Shown: positions 42,959 through 52,984 of the stretch, piece after piece
Layout of the letters: every line of letters starts with the position of its first letter
How positions within the stretch are numbered: the stretch's first letter is position 1
DNA from: Gammaproteobacteria bacterium
Lineage (GTDB): Bacteria > Pseudomonadota > Gammaproteobacteria > RBG-16-57-12
Length of the DNA stretch: 64,000 nt
Direction of reading: 5' to 3'
NCBI GenBank assembly: GCA_022712945.1
Contig: JAFLJP010000122.1
Coordinates: 1,853 to 65,852 of the forward strand
The notes under the pieces: generated by a model
What the model saw: only the letters and a program-made list of their open reading frames with translations
What the model was told of the DNA's origin: nothing
Databases searched by the model: none
Made by a program: the position numbers and the translations under genes

Positions 42959-43552
42959 TTATTTTTGCAGCTTAGTGATCAGTTGCCGAAGCGCTTGAGC
43001 ACGATGGCTGAGCTGGTTTTTCTGTTCCGGTGGGAGTTCGGCAGAACTACCGTTCTCTGATGCGATATAGAACAGTGGATCATAACCAAAGCCATTTTCA
43101 CCTTGGGGGGTGTGCAAAATAGTTCCCTCCCAACTGCCTTGGCAGATGAGTGGTACCGGGTCGTTTTCATGGCGCAGATAGACCAGAACGCACTGAAAGC
43201 GAGCAGTGCGCTCTGCGTCAGTCACATCTGTAAGCTCAGTCAGCAGCTTTGTATTGTTATCTGTATCACGGGCATCTGGCCCGGCAAAGCGTGCGGAATA
43301 GATGCCCGGTGCACCGTTCAATGCATCGACCTCCAGGCCTGAGTCATCCGCGATAGCGGGCAGGCCACTGTATTTGGCGGCGTTGCGCGCTTTGAGTATC
43401 GCATTCTCCACAAAGGTAAGGCCGGTCTCTTCTATTTCGGGCACCGAAAATACAGTTTGCGGTACCACGTCAATATCCAAACCAGCCAGCATCTGACTTA
43501 GCTCAGCCACTTTTCCATGGTTGCCGGTGGCTAAAACAATACGCTGTTTCAT
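42959..43552 (-). CDS. rdgB: non-canonical purine NTP pyrophosphatase (Ham1/RdgB)
   Basis: [14 protein letters not shown]-terminus typical of RdgB; start taken at the internal ATG that avoids overlap with rph. Confidence 0.9.
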   Translation of the reverse strand: MKQRIVLATGNHGKVAELSQMLAGLDIDVVPQTVFSVPEIEETGLTFVENAILKARNAAKYSGLPAIADDSGLEVDALNGAPGIYSARFAGPDARDTDNNTKLLTELTDVTDAERTARFQCVLVYLRHENDPVPLICQGSWEGTILHTPQGENGFGYDPLFYIASENGSSAELPPEQKNQLSHRAQALRQLITKLQK

Positions 43553-43553
43553 G

Positions 43554-44270
43554 TCAGGCACCCAGTGCTTCCGTTTGCTTGGCAATCAAATGTTTGATGC
43601 CACTGGCTGCCAGTTCAAGCATGGCGTTCAACTCCTCTTTACGAAAGGCGTGCCCCTCAGCGGTGCCCTGCACTTCGATGTAGGCACCGGCATCATTCAT
43701 CACCACATTCATGTCGGTCTCTGCGTTTGAATCCTCATCGTAATCGAGGTCCAGCACCGGGGTGCCTTCAAAAATGCCGACTGACACGGATGCGACGTGA
43801 CCGTGAAGAGGAGATTTTTTTATCTTGCCGCTTTTTATTAAGTGATTGACCGCATCAACCATGGCAACATAAGCGCCGGTGATTGAGGCGGTGCGGGTGC
43901 CGCCATCGGCCTGAATAACATCACAGTCCACGGTAATGATGCGCTCACCCAATGCTTCCAGATCAACCACCGCACGCAGTGAGCGGGCAATCAATCGTTG
44001 AATCTCCATGGTGCGACCACCTTGACCACCACGGGCCGCTTCACGTTGCATGCGCGAACCGGTAGAGCGGGGCAGCATCCCGTATTCAGCAGTGACCCAG
44101 CCTTTACCCTTGCCTTTTAACCAGCGGGGTACTCGCTCTTCAATCGAGGCGGTGCAGATAACCTTGGTATCACCAAATTCGACTAATACCGAGCCTTCAG
44201 CATGTTTGGTATAGTGGCGGGTTAGACGAACTTCACGCATTTGATCGGGATGACGGCCACTGGGACGCAT
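43554..44270 (-). CDS. rph: ribonuclease PH
   Basis: Near-identical to E. coli Rph over the N-terminus (MRPSGR...[22 protein letters not shown]). Confidence 0.95.
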   Translation of the reverse strand: MRPSGRHPDQMREVRLTRHYTKHAEGSVLVEFGDTKVICTASIEERVPRWLKGKGKGWVTAEYGMLPRSTGSRMQREAARGGQGGRTMEIQRLIARSLRAVVDLEALGERIITVDCDVIQADGGTRTASITGAYVAMVDAVNHLIKSGKIKKSPLHGHVASVSVGIFEGTPVLDLDYDEDSNAETDMNVVMNDAGAYIEVQGTAEGHAFRKEELNAMLELAASGIKHLIAKQTEALGA

Positions 44271-44482
44271 AGGAAACCTCACTCTGTAAATATATGTATA
44301 GGTACCTGTAAATAGGCACTTGATTGATGGCGGGAATTATAGCGATATCTGGTGGTGGTAGGGAAAGAATTTATCTTGATCATAAGCTGTACATTGCCAT
44401 GGTCCTATGGTATAAATTCGCGCCTCGACCCCGTAGTCTGGGCGAACAGTGTTTAGATTTTAAGATTTTTGGAGGCTCAATA

Positions 44483-44719
44483 ATGTCACGTGTATGCCAG
44501 GTAACAGGCAAACGCCCAATGGCGGGGAACAATGTTTCTCACGCTAACAACAGAACCCGCCGTCGTTTTTTGCCTAATCTGCAAGCGCATCGTTTCTGGG
44601 TTGCTAGTGAAAACCGCTGGGTTCGGTTACGTACCTCGACCAAGGGGATGCGTATCATCGACAAGAATGGTATTGATTCAGTACTGAAAGATATGCGCTC
44701 ACGCGGTGAGAAAGTATAA
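44483..44719 (+). CDS. rpmB: 50S ribosomal protein L28
   Basis: [34 protein letters not shown] matches the L28 family; the ORF-track ORF 44324..44719 over-extends upstream. Confidence 0.95.
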   Translation: MSRVCQVTGKRPMAGNNVSHANNRTRRRFLPNLQAHRFWVASENRWVRLRTSTKGMRIIDKNGIDSVLKDMRSRGEKV

Positions 44720-44730
44720 GGAGTTAAACC

Positions 44731-44898
44731 ATGGCTAAGTCTGTACGCGAAAAAATTCGCTTGGTTTCAAGCGCGGGTACCGGTCACTTCTACACAACGA
44801 CCAAAAACAAGCGCAACAACCCAGAAAAAATGGAATGCAACAAATATGATCCTACCATCCGTCAACATGTGATGTACAAGGAAGCGAAGATTAAGTAA
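44731..44898 (+). CDS. rpmG: 50S ribosomal protein L33 (55 aa; below ORF-track cutoff)
   Basis: Hand translation [55 protein letters not shown] matches L33; RBS aaggag before the ATG. Confidence 0.9.
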   Translation: MAKSVREKIRLVSSAGTGHFYTTTKNKRNNPEKMECNKYDPTIRQHVMYKEAKIK

Positions 44899-44912
44899 TT
44901 AACCTTCAAAAA

Positions 44913-44936
44913 GCCCAGCTAAATGCTGGGCTTTTA
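44913..44936 (+). terminator. rho-independent terminator of rpmB-rpmG
   Basis: GCCCAGC-taaat-GCTGGGC followed by TTTTT. Confidence 0.7.
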
Positions 44937-45049
44937 ACATTCTGCTCCCCCCGCACTTGATTTATTCTGCATCTGCATTCAAGATAACGTTTTTTTAACG
45001 CTACTAAGCTGTCGCGTTGATTAGAAATTATTCTACTTAAGGTATAGCT

Positions 45050-45610
45050 ATGAAACTGCGCACCCTAACCACTGCAATTGTTTTTGCTGTCACGGGTCAT
45101 GCCCATGCGGCGACTGTTGATGTTGCCCTGAGTGATGAGAGTGCCCGCTTTGCACTCAGCTCCTTTGTTGGTGGCTTTTCTGAGGGACGTACCATCATGA
45201 GCAGCAGCCTGTTTTATAATACCGAAAACGACGGTGTTGTGAGTGCAGGCCTGCATATGATTGATGTTGTGGGTAGTAAAACACCGGGTTTGCAGGTTGG
45301 TGTTGGTTTTCAGGCCTACTACTCTCACCTGACTGATCATGATGGTATCGCGCTCGCACTGGGTGGTGTTATCAGTTACCGCGCACCGCAACTGCAACGT
45401 GTTAACTTTGTTATTCATGGTCACCATGCGCCAAGCATTACCAGCTATATGGATAGCGAGCGACTGAGTGAGTATGGAGTTTCCATTGAATATTCCCTAC
45501 TACCCCAAGCGGACATCTACATTGGCTATCGCAAAATTGAAGTCGATGATCAGGGCCTGACACTTGAGATGGATGACAGTGGCCACATCGGGCTGCGCAT
45601 AACTTTCTAA
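45050..45610 (+). CDS. small outer-membrane beta-barrel protein (first gene of envelope operon)
   Basis: Signal peptide ...GHAHA/AT; alternating amphipathic beta-strand pattern; C-terminal aromatic residue (..GLRITF). Confidence 0.5.
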   Translation: MKLRTLTTAIVFAVTGHAHAATVDVALSDESARFALSSFVGGFSEGRTIMSSSLFYNTENDGVVSAGLHMIDVVGSKTPGLQVGVGFQAYYSHLTDHDGIALALGGVISYRAPQLQRVNFVIHGHHAPSITSYMDSERLSEYGVSIEYSLLPQADIYIGYRKIEVDDQGLTLEMDDSGHIGLRITF

Positions 45611-46176
45611 TGCCATTAGGGATATTGAATGTGAAATATAACTACCTCATTTTAATCCTAATTCTTTCCCTGGCTAGCAGCACCTGCTGGGCGGAAGAGC
45701 TCAATACCCAGGAGCAATTTAAAAGCCTGGATAATCGAATTCAGAATCTAAAACGCTCGGCAGTGGAGCTGGGCAAAGAGATTGCGATATTGGAAGAGGA
45801 GCTACTGTTTCCTGCCAATACGCAATATGGTCTCTACCTCTCCATGGATACGGATGAGACTTATAAATTGATTACGGTTATCGTCAAACTGGATGGTAAC
45901 GTGGTCAATAATTACATGTATGACGTTAGCGAGTTGAATGCTCTCTCTAATGGGGCGGTTCACCAGTTGCATAAGGGCAATTTAAAAACCGGTAAACACA
46001 CCCTCAGCATCACCTATATGGGCAAGGTCGGTTCACGTATGACACGGCTAACCAATACCCACGAGTTTGAAAAAGGTAATAAGCCGGTCTTTATTGAACT
46101 GAACCTCAGCGGTAAAGAGCTAGGGAAATTTGGCAAAGCGAAAGAGCCGACCATTAACGTGAAGCAGTGGAGCTAA
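45610..46176 (+). CDS. secreted coiled-coil protein
   Basis: Signal peptide; heptad-rich stretch LNTQEQFKSLDNRIQNLKRSAVELGKEIAILEEELL; start overlaps upstream stop (TAATG). Confidence 0.4.
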   Translation: MPLGILNVKYNYLILILILSLASSTCWAEELNTQEQFKSLDNRIQNLKRSAVELGKEIAILEEELLFPANTQYGLYLSMDTDETYKLITVIVKLDGNVVNNYMYDVSELNALSNGAVHQLHKGNLKTGKHTLSITYMGKVGSRMTRLTNTHEFEKGNKPVFIELNLSGKELGKFGKAKEPTINVKQWS

Positions 46177-46192
46177 GTTAGTTTTTTCAGCT

Positions 46193-48043
46193 ATGACCAT
46201 TGTTAGCCGATTTTTCAGCCTCTCTCTCATCAGTCTCTGGTGCTGCGGTATCCTTGTCGCGGGCACCGAGGTGAAGTGGAAAAATGTTAAAGACCCTATT
46301 CTGGGTGATGCACTCTTCCACCTCTATCAAGATAAAAACTTAAGTGGCATCATTCAGCTCTCTGCTGACCGACAACTTGGCCGGGTAAAGCTTCAGAAAG
46401 AGGAGGCGGAGTTAGCGCTTACCATGCTTAATCTCGCTTATGGATTGCACCGGGAAGCTGCCAGCAACCTAGTGACAATCCAAAAGCGCGGTAACATCAA
46501 TAAAGATATCAGCAATCATATTTGGTTCTATATCGCAAAAATCCGCTATCAGCGTGGCTATTTTGCTATGGCTGAGAGCGCTCTCTCGCAGATCAGCGGG
46601 GCACTTCCCTGGGAGCTGGAGCAGGATTTACAGCTTTTCATGGCGCTGTTGCTGATGGATAGAGGCGAGTTTTTACCTGCCAGTAAAGTGCTCGACCAGA
46701 TAAAAGGTAATACCGGTGCCGTACCATTTGCTCGCTTCAACAGTGCCGTTAGCTTGGTGCAAAATGAGGAGGTGGAGAAGGCGCTGGCAACCTTGCAGCG
46801 CGTTTCTGATATCAAGTTCACTACCGAGCAAGAGAAATACCTGCGTGACAGAGCCAATATCTACCTCGGCTATTATCAGCTTCTCGAAGAGAAAAACCCG
46901 GAAAAATCGATCGCCTATTTTGAAAAAGTACACCTCTATGGCGTAGAGTCTAACGAGGCACTGCTTGGCTTGGGTTGGGCTCACTATGCACTTGAGCAAT
47001 ACGAACAAGCATTGGTCTCCTGGGCGGAGTTGTCCACCCGTAACGCCTCAGACCCCAATGTGCAAGAGGCGATGGTCGCAGTCCCGTTTACACTGGCAAA
47101 GAACAAAAGCTACGCAAGCTCTGCCGATCTTTATAACCGTGCTCTGGATACCTTTCATGCTGAAGTTAAAAATATTGATAACACCATTATCTCGGTAAAG
47201 AAGGGGGCTTTTTTCGATAAGCTGTTGACGGATATCAGTGAGGGTGAAAAAGGTTGGAATGGTGATGTCTACTCACTGCCCAAAAGTAGAGAGAGTTACT
47301 ATTTCACCCAAATGCTGGCTCGCCATGATTATCAGGAGGCGCTGAAAAACTACCGTGACCTTCGCTACCTGCAAAGTAAACTCAATGACTGGCGTCATGA
47401 TCTGGAGACCTTTGATGACACCAACCACTACTGGATAGACAATCTTCTAAACCGAGCCAAAAACTTTGCTCAACAATCGTTTGAGCAGACGGCCTCACAA
47501 CTAAAAAACACCCGTGTACAATTGATGTCTCAGTTAGCCGAAATAGAGGCCAGTCAGGATGCGATGGCCCTTGCCAGCGGCAAAGAGCAGCGTCAGTTGG
47601 CCAAAGTGGTCGAGTTGAAGGCGTCACTAGAGCTCGGTGCCAGCCGCAACCCAAACGCAAAGCAGCAACGTCGCCAACTCAGTTTGATGGAGCGACAGAT
47701 ACTCTGGGGTATTCACAGTCGTTTCAGCTCGCGTTTACGAAAAGCAAAGCAGGGTCTCGATGAGGTGGTTAGCAGTATTGAACAATCCTCAAAACGTAAC
47801 CAAGCGCTGGGTGGTGTGGTTGCCCAAGCAGTCGCCCATGCCCGTACCTTTGATGGCAGGATCAGCCAGACTAACGGCAAAATTAATGGCTTACAGCCGC
47901 AGATTTCACACGCAATTAAAGAGACCGAAGCTCATCTGATCAATATCGCCGTGGTTGCTCTGGAAGAGCGCCGAACCCAGTTAAAAGCCTTTATTGCACA
48001 AGTGTCATTCTCCGTTGGTGCCTCTTACGACGGGGGGCAATAG
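46193..48043 (+). CDS. secreted TPR-like helical-repeat protein with C-terminal coiled coil
   Basis: Signal peptide; repeated helix-turn-helix pairs with TPR-like W/Y/A spacing (e.g. EALLGLGWAHYALEQYEQALVSWAEL). Confidence 0.55.
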   Translation: MTIVSRFFSLSLISLWCCGILVAGTEVKWKNVKDPILGDALFHLYQDKNLSGIIQLSADRQLGRVKLQKEEAELALTMLNLAYGLHREAASNLVTIQKRGNINKDISNHIWFYIAKIRYQRGYFAMAESALSQISGALPWELEQDLQLFMALLLMDRGEFLPASKVLDQIKGNTGAVPFARFNSAVSLVQNEEVEKALATLQRVSDIKFTTEQEKYLRDRANIYLGYYQLLEEKNPEKSIAYFEKVHLYGVESNEALLGLGWAHYALEQYEQALVSWAELSTRNASDPNVQEAMVAVPFTLAKNKSYASSADLYNRALDTFHAEVKNIDNTIISVKKGAFFDKLLTDISEGEKGWNGDVYSLPKSRESYYFTQMLARHDYQEALKNYRDLRYLQSKLNDWRHDLETFDDTNHYWIDNLLNRAKNFAQQSFEQTASQLKNTRVQLMSQLAEIEASQDAMALASGKEQRQLAKVVELKASLELGASRNPNAKQQRRQLSLMERQILWGIHSRFSSRLRKAKQGLDEVVSSIEQSSKRNQALGGVVAQAVAHARTFDGRISQTNGKINGLQPQISHAIKETEAHLINIAVVALEERRTQLKAFIAQVSFSVGASYDGGQ

Positions 48044-48045
48044 TC

Positions 48046-50877
48046 ATGGTTTTACGATGGGTGCTCACCGGGCTACTGTTGCTCAATATATCAACCGTTT
48101 CTGCAAAACCAGATGCTAGCGAAATGACGCTGAAGGAGTTGCGTGATCGCAGCTACACAATAGAAGAGGATGCCCGGCCTGAGCAGGCGCTTAAGCGCTC
48201 CACTCAGGGTTATCAACTCTTTTTAGACTCCCCTCTTGGCGGTGCCATGCGCCGGGAATCTTTGCGCCGTATCGCTGACCGAATGCAGCAGCAACTGGAA
48301 GAAGAGGAGGAGCGAATGGTCTCTGGTACCGAGCTTGAAGAAGAGAGATTTTTTCTCAAAGATGCCAGTTATGAGAAAGCGATTCAACATTACAACGAGG
48401 CGGTTGATAACTACCCCGACTTTCCTGGTAATGAACATATCTATTACCAACTGGCGCGTGCCTATGAAGCCAATGGTGAGCCCAAACAGGCGATCTGGGC
48501 ACTGAAGCGGCTGATTAAAGATCACAGTGATACGGACTATATTGATGAGACCCACTTCCGTGTTGCAGAACTGAGCTTCCTGACACAAAAATTCCCCCAG
48601 GCAACTGCGCACTACAATGAATTGATCAAGCAGGGTGCCGAGAACCAGTATTACCGCGTTGCCCTGTATAAATCCGGCTGGTCACTGTTTAAAAATAAGG
48701 ATTACAAAGAGTCCCTTGATCAGTTTATTGAGCTGCTTGACCACATGATGCTTGATGTCACTCTGGAAGATATGCTGGCCGAGCTTCCCCAATACACCAT
48801 CGGTGAGCGGGAGATGATCAAAGATACGTTACGAGTCATGAGTATCGCGATCACTCATCAGGAAGAGCCCCTGGGTTATATGGAGAGTTATCTGGCGGGT
48901 TTGACGGAACTACGCGCCTATGAATTTATGGTCTATCAGGCGCTGGGCGATATGTACCACTACCAAGAGCTCTACCAGGATGCTGCCGGGGTCTATGCCG
49001 CATTTGCCCAGCAGCAGTCACTGCACCCCCAAGCCCCTTTCTTCCAAATCATGGCGATTGAGACCTACCGCAAAGGGCGTTTTAGCGAACTTCAAGATAA
49101 AGCGATTCGACACTTTTCCAGCAGCTTTGGTTACCAGGCCGCTTTTTGGGGAGTCGCACAGCCGACAAAACTAAAACAGCAACTTGAGCCCTACCTTCGC
49201 CAGCATCTCTCACGCCTGGCCCTTAAGCACCACGCAGCGCTGCAGAAAAAGGGGACTGAAATAAATAAACAACAGGCGCTTCACTGGTACCGTGCCTATC
49301 TCGACTCCTTTTCAAAAGATAGTGAAGCGGCACACATAAACTTCCTGTTAGCTGAGTTACTATTTGAAGTCGGTGATTACAAAGCCGCCGCTATTGAATA
49401 CAACCGAACAGCTTATGACTACGGTCGCCATCCTGAGTCTCAGGAGTCGGGTTACGCCGCTATTCTTGCTTTTGATAAGCAGAGGAAGGGGCTAGCCGGA
49501 GAAGAGCTGGATACATGGCGTCGGCAGTCGCTGGAAAATGCACTGCATTTTGCCAAAGTTTTTAGTGATGACGAGCGTGTGCCCAGTGTGATCACCAAAA
49601 CGGCGCAAGACCTGTTTGAAGTCGGTGCTTATGACACGGCCATTAAAGCTGCCAGCATCATCCTGACCTTAAGAGGGTTAACGCCGAAGAAACAGCGTAG
49701 TGCCTACCTGGTGATCGGCCACTCCTATTTTGAAAAGGAAGACTACCCCCGAGCTGAAAGTGCCTATCAATCTGCCCTGCGTCTTATGGAAAAAAGGGAC
49801 AGTGATTACAATGGTACCTACGAGCGCATTGCAGCCGCCATCTACAAACAGGCTGAGCACCAGCAGAAAAGTGGCAACCTGCAAGCGGCAGTACGTGAAT
49901 ACCAGCGTTTGATTGTGGTGGCCCCGCTTAGCAAAATCCGTGATACTACCGAGTTCGATACGGCAACCGCACTGTTACAGTTGAAGCAGTGGCAGGGTGC
50001 AATCGATATTCTGGTGAAAATGCGTAGAACCATTTTTGGCAAAAAACACGCCATGGATATCACCCAAAAACTGACGGTTGCCTATCTAGAAACGGATCAG
50101 AATCAGAATGCTGCCGCAGAGCTTGAAACATTGGCACTTCTGGCACCTGATTATGATATTCAACGGGAAGCGGTTTGGCGTGCAGCGGAACTCTATGAAA
50201 AAGAGGGCAATATTCTGGCGACAATCAAGGCGTTTGAAGATTATGTAAAACGTTACCCAAGCCCCGTTGATGCAAATGTTGAAGCGCGCTATAAATTGTC
50301 GCAGCTATACCAAGGGCAGAATAATCAACGCCTGCAGATCGCACGCTTGAAAGATGTTATCAGCGTCGACGCCAAAGCACTTGAGCAGCGTACTTCGCGA
50401 ACAAAGTACCTCGCCGGCATTTCAGCGTTAACATTGGCAGACCTTGCCAATGACGAGTACAAAAGCATTAAATTGGTTGAGCCGATCAAGAAAAACCTGA
50501 AACGCAAAAAAGATCAGATGCAGAAGGTGATAAAGGATTATGGCAGTGTATCTGAATATGCGATTGCCGAGCTAATCACCAATGCAACCTTCAAGATTGC
50601 TGAAATTTATCGTGATTTTTCACAGGCACTGATGGAATCCGATCGACCAAAAGGGCTCGACACGGATGAGCTTGAGATGTACGACATCATGCTTGAGGAG
50701 CAAGCTTTCCCGTTTGAAGAGAAAGCGATTGATCTGCACGAGAAAAATTATCACCGCATCAACGATGGCGTCTTTGATCTGTGGGTGAAAAACAGCTTGA
50801 ATGTACTTGGCACCATTAATCCAGGGCGTTACGACAAGTCAGAAAATGAGGTGGGCTACATTGAAATATTCAACTAG
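48046..50877 (+). CDS. large secreted TPR-repeat protein
   Basis: Signal peptide ..TVSA/KP; multiple canonical TPR units (AIQHYNEAVDNYPDFPGNEHIYYQLARAYEANGEPKQAIWALKRLIKDH...). Confidence 0.65.
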   Translation: MVLRWVLTGLLLLNISTVSAKPDASEMTLKELRDRSYTIEEDARPEQALKRSTQGYQLFLDSPLGGAMRRESLRRIADRMQQQLEEEEERMVSGTELEEERFFLKDASYEKAIQHYNEAVDNYPDFPGNEHIYYQLARAYEANGEPKQAIWALKRLIKDHSDTDYIDETHFRVAELSFLTQKFPQATAHYNELIKQGAENQYYRVALYKSGWSLFKNKDYKESLDQFIELLDHMMLDVTLEDMLAELPQYTIGEREMIKDTLRVMSIAITHQEEPLGYMESYLAGLTELRAYEFMVYQALGDMYHYQELYQDAAGVYAAFAQQQSLHPQAPFFQIMAIETYRKGRFSELQDKAIRHFSSSFGYQAAFWGVAQPTKLKQQLEPYLRQHLSRLALKHHAALQKKGTEINKQQALHWYRAYLDSFSKDSEAAHINFLLAELLFEVGDYKAAAIEYNRTAYDYGRHPESQESGYAAILAFDKQRKGLAGEELDTWRRQSLENALHFAKVFSDDERVPSVITKTAQDLFEVGAYDTAIKAASIILTLRGLTPKKQRSAYLVIGHSYFEKEDYPRAESAYQSALRLMEKRDSDYNGTYERIAAAIYKQAEHQQKSGNLQAAVREYQRLIVVAPLSKIRDTTEFDTATALLQLKQWQGAIDILVKMRRTIFGKKHAMDITQKLTVAYLETDQNQNAAAELETLALLAPDYDIQREAVWRAAELYEKEGNILATIKAFEDYVKRYPSPVDANVEARYKLSQLYQGQNNQRLQIARLKDVISVDAKALEQRTSRTKYLAGISALTLADLANDEYKSIKLVEPIKKNLKRKKDQMQKVIKDYGSVSEYAIAELITNATFKIAEIYRDFSQALMESDRPKGLDTDELEMYDIMLEEQAFPFEEKAIDLHEKNYHRINDGVFDLWVKNSLNVLGTINPGRYDKSENEVGYIEIFN

Positions 50878-51475
50878 TAAAGGCCTGGCAATCCTGCTTG
50901 CTCTTATTCTGCTCTCTGGTTGTGCCAGCAAGCCCGCACCAAAAGCAGTGATTATTCAGTCGGAGGATAGCAGTAAAGAAGAGCAGCTGCGGCTGGATAC
51001 TGCGGGTAAAGCATTCTCCCAGGCACTCAAAGAGCTTAACGAAAAAGAGTTTGAAAAGGCGCGAGACATTCTCACCAGCCTGGCACGTCAATACCCTGAA
51101 TATGCGGGTATTTATGCCAATCTTGGTATTGCACAGATGAACTTAAATGAAGACGAAGAGGCGCAAAAGTCATTTCAAGCAGCCTTGGAGCACAAAGAAA
51201 ACTTCCCCCAGGTTTATAATCAGCTCGGTTTGCTTCATCGCCAGCATGGTCGCTTTAAAGAGGCAGAAGTGGTCTACAAAAAAGCGATTGAACTCGACCC
51301 TGAATATGCCGATGCACACCGTAATCTGGGCATTCTTTATGACCTCTATTTGATGGATCTCACAAATGCGCTTCAGCATTACGTGAAATATAAAGAACTG
51401 GCGAACCCCGCCGAAAAAGACCCCATACATAAGTGGATCATTGATTTAACAAATCGAACAAATCCCGTAAGATAG
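50861..51475 (+). CDS. TPR-repeat lipoprotein
   Basis: TTG start preceded by GAGGTG RBS gives MKYSTSKGLAILLALILLSGC (lipobox LSGC); three TPR units (AGIYANLGIAQMNL..., VYNQLGLLHRQHGRFKEAEVVYKKAIELDPEYADAHRNLGILY). Confidence 0.65.
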   Translation: MKYSTSKGLAILLALILLSGCASKPAPKAVIIQSEDSSKEEQLRLDTAGKAFSQALKELNEKEFEKARDILTSLARQYPEYAGIYANLGIAQMNLNEDEEAQKSFQAALEHKENFPQVYNQLGLLHRQHGRFKEAEVVYKKAIELDPEYADAHRNLGILYDLYLMDLTNALQHYVKYKELANPAEKDPIHKWIIDLTNRTNPVR

Positions 51476-51479
51476 CACT

Positions 51480-51767
51480 ATGTTAAAAATGATCGCCCCA
51501 TTGTTGTTGAGCCTCGGACTGCTGACCGCCACGGCCAGTCAGGCTGAAGTGCGGTTGGATCTTGATGCAACATCGATTATAGGCAATCGTGAACTGCCAA
51601 GGATTGTCTACCTGATCGCCTGGCGTGATGCGCCCGAGGGCGACATTCTCGAACAATCGCTTGATATTAACCATGATAATAAAATGGTTCCGTTGGACCG
51701 TGATGTATTTCAGCGCCAAATTAGCTATCACGACCTGCTGTTTGGTGTTGATAAGAGTAAAAAATAA
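51480..51767 (+). CDS. small secreted protein
   Basis: Signal peptide ..ATASQA/EV; no recognisable family. Confidence 0.4.
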   Translation: MLKMIAPLLLSLGLLTATASQAEVRLDLDATSIIGNRELPRIVYLIAWRDAPEGDILEQSLDINHDNKMVPLDRDVFQRQISYHDLLFGVDKSKK

Positions 51768-51819
51768 TTCCCGTTTTTCAAAAATTAGAAATTAATGTTA
51801 TTTGAGTGAGGAGCTTGTT

Positions 51820-52461
51820 ATGGATACTATTATTCGTTTTTTCCAGGAAGGGGGGGTTTTTATGTACCCAATCACCCTTATCTTGGCACTGGGCATGGCG
51901 ATTGCCTTGGAGCGCTACCTCTTTCTGAGCAGCGCCAAATCGAAAAATAATAAAACCTGGAACCAGCTGATACCCCTGATCAACCAAGGTGATATCGTAG
52001 CGGCGGCCAAAGTGGTGGAAAAGACCAAATCACATATCGGCCATGTGGTTGCTTACGGCCTCAATCAACGCAAAACATCGAAACACCGTGAAGATATTGA
52101 GACGGCGATGGAAGAGGGTTTGATGGAGGTTCTCCCCAAGCTTGAAAAACGCACACACTATGTTGCCACTTACGCCAACATCGCCACGTTGATGGGGCTG
52201 CTGGGAACCATCATCGGTCTGATTCAGGCCTTTACCGCCGTTGCTAATGCAGACCCGGCTGAGAAGGCAAACCTGCTCTCCGCCTCGATTTCGGTCGCCA
52301 TGAATACCACCGCCTATGGTTTGATTGCCGCAATTCCCTTGCTGCTGATGTTCGCGCTACTACAGACCAAAACCACCGAGGTTGTTGATAGCCTTGAGAT
52401 GGCATCTGTCAAAATCGTTAACCTGATTAGTGGTGAAAACAGCAAGAATGGAAATGCATAG
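51820..52461 (+). CDS. MotA/TolQ/ExbB family proton-channel protein
   Basis: Three TM helices; ExbB/TolQ signature NTTAYGLIAAIPLLLMF; RBS gaggag before ATG at 51820. Confidence 0.85.
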   Translation: MDTIIRFFQEGGVFMYPITLILALGMAIALERYLFLSSAKSKNNKTWNQLIPLINQGDIVAAAKVVEKTKSHIGHVVAYGLNQRKTSKHREDIETAMEEGLMEVLPKLEKRTHYVATYANIATLMGLLGTIIGLIQAFTAVANADPAEKANLLSASISVAMNTTAYGLIAAIPLLLMFALLQTKTTEVVDSLEMASVKIVNLISGENSKNGNA

Positions 52462-52463
52462 CA

Positions 52464-52973
52464 ATGAGCATTCGCAACCGCCGTCATAAACAAGAAGTTC
52501 CGGAACTCGATGTAACCGCCTTCCTCAACTTGATGGTGGTATTGATACCGTTTCTACTGGTCAGTGCTGTCTTTACCCAGATCACCGTGATCGAGCTCAA
52601 TATGCCGCCTCCTTCTGATGAAGCTCAGCAGGAGAAGGATAAAAAAGAGAAGCTTGATCTGGAGATTGTGATTCGCGCAGCAACCATCGAAATACATGGT
52701 GGCAAAACGGGTCTGTTGAAGCGCTACAAGATGAACGAGGGTCAATTTGACTACGCAGAAATATCCACTTACCTGCAAGAGATCAAGCGCCGTTATGCAC
52801 AAGAGACCACCTCTATGATTCTGGTAGAGCCCGAAATTAACTACGATACCCTCGTGCAAGTGATGGACACTGTGCGCCTGTTTGAATTTGAAGAGGATGG
52901 TGGCCTAATACAGGCTGAACTGTTCCCCGACATGTCAATCGGTGACGCACCCATACTTGGCAAAGGTAAGTAA
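52464..52973 (+). CDS. ExbD/TolR family biopolymer transport protein (paralog 1)
   Basis: Single N-terminal TM helix with ExbD motif LDVTAFLNLMVVLIPFLL, periplasmic domain. Confidence 0.85.
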   Translation: MSIRNRRHKQEVPELDVTAFLNLMVVLIPFLLVSAVFTQITVIELNMPPPSDEAQQEKDKKEKLDLEIVIRAATIEIHGGKTGLLKRYKMNEGQFDYAEISTYLQEIKRRYAQETTSMILVEPEINYDTLVQVMDTVRLFEFEEDGGLIQAELFPDMSIGDAPILGKGK

Positions 52974-52984
52974 AGGCGTACTTA

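Noticed and set aside
50801-50860. Upstream extension of the TPR lipoprotein ORF (MYLAPLIQGVTTSQKMRWATL)
   Set aside because: It overlaps the 3' end of the preceding gene in another frame. A TTG at 50861 with a GAGGTG RBS gives a canonical lipoprotein N-terminus.
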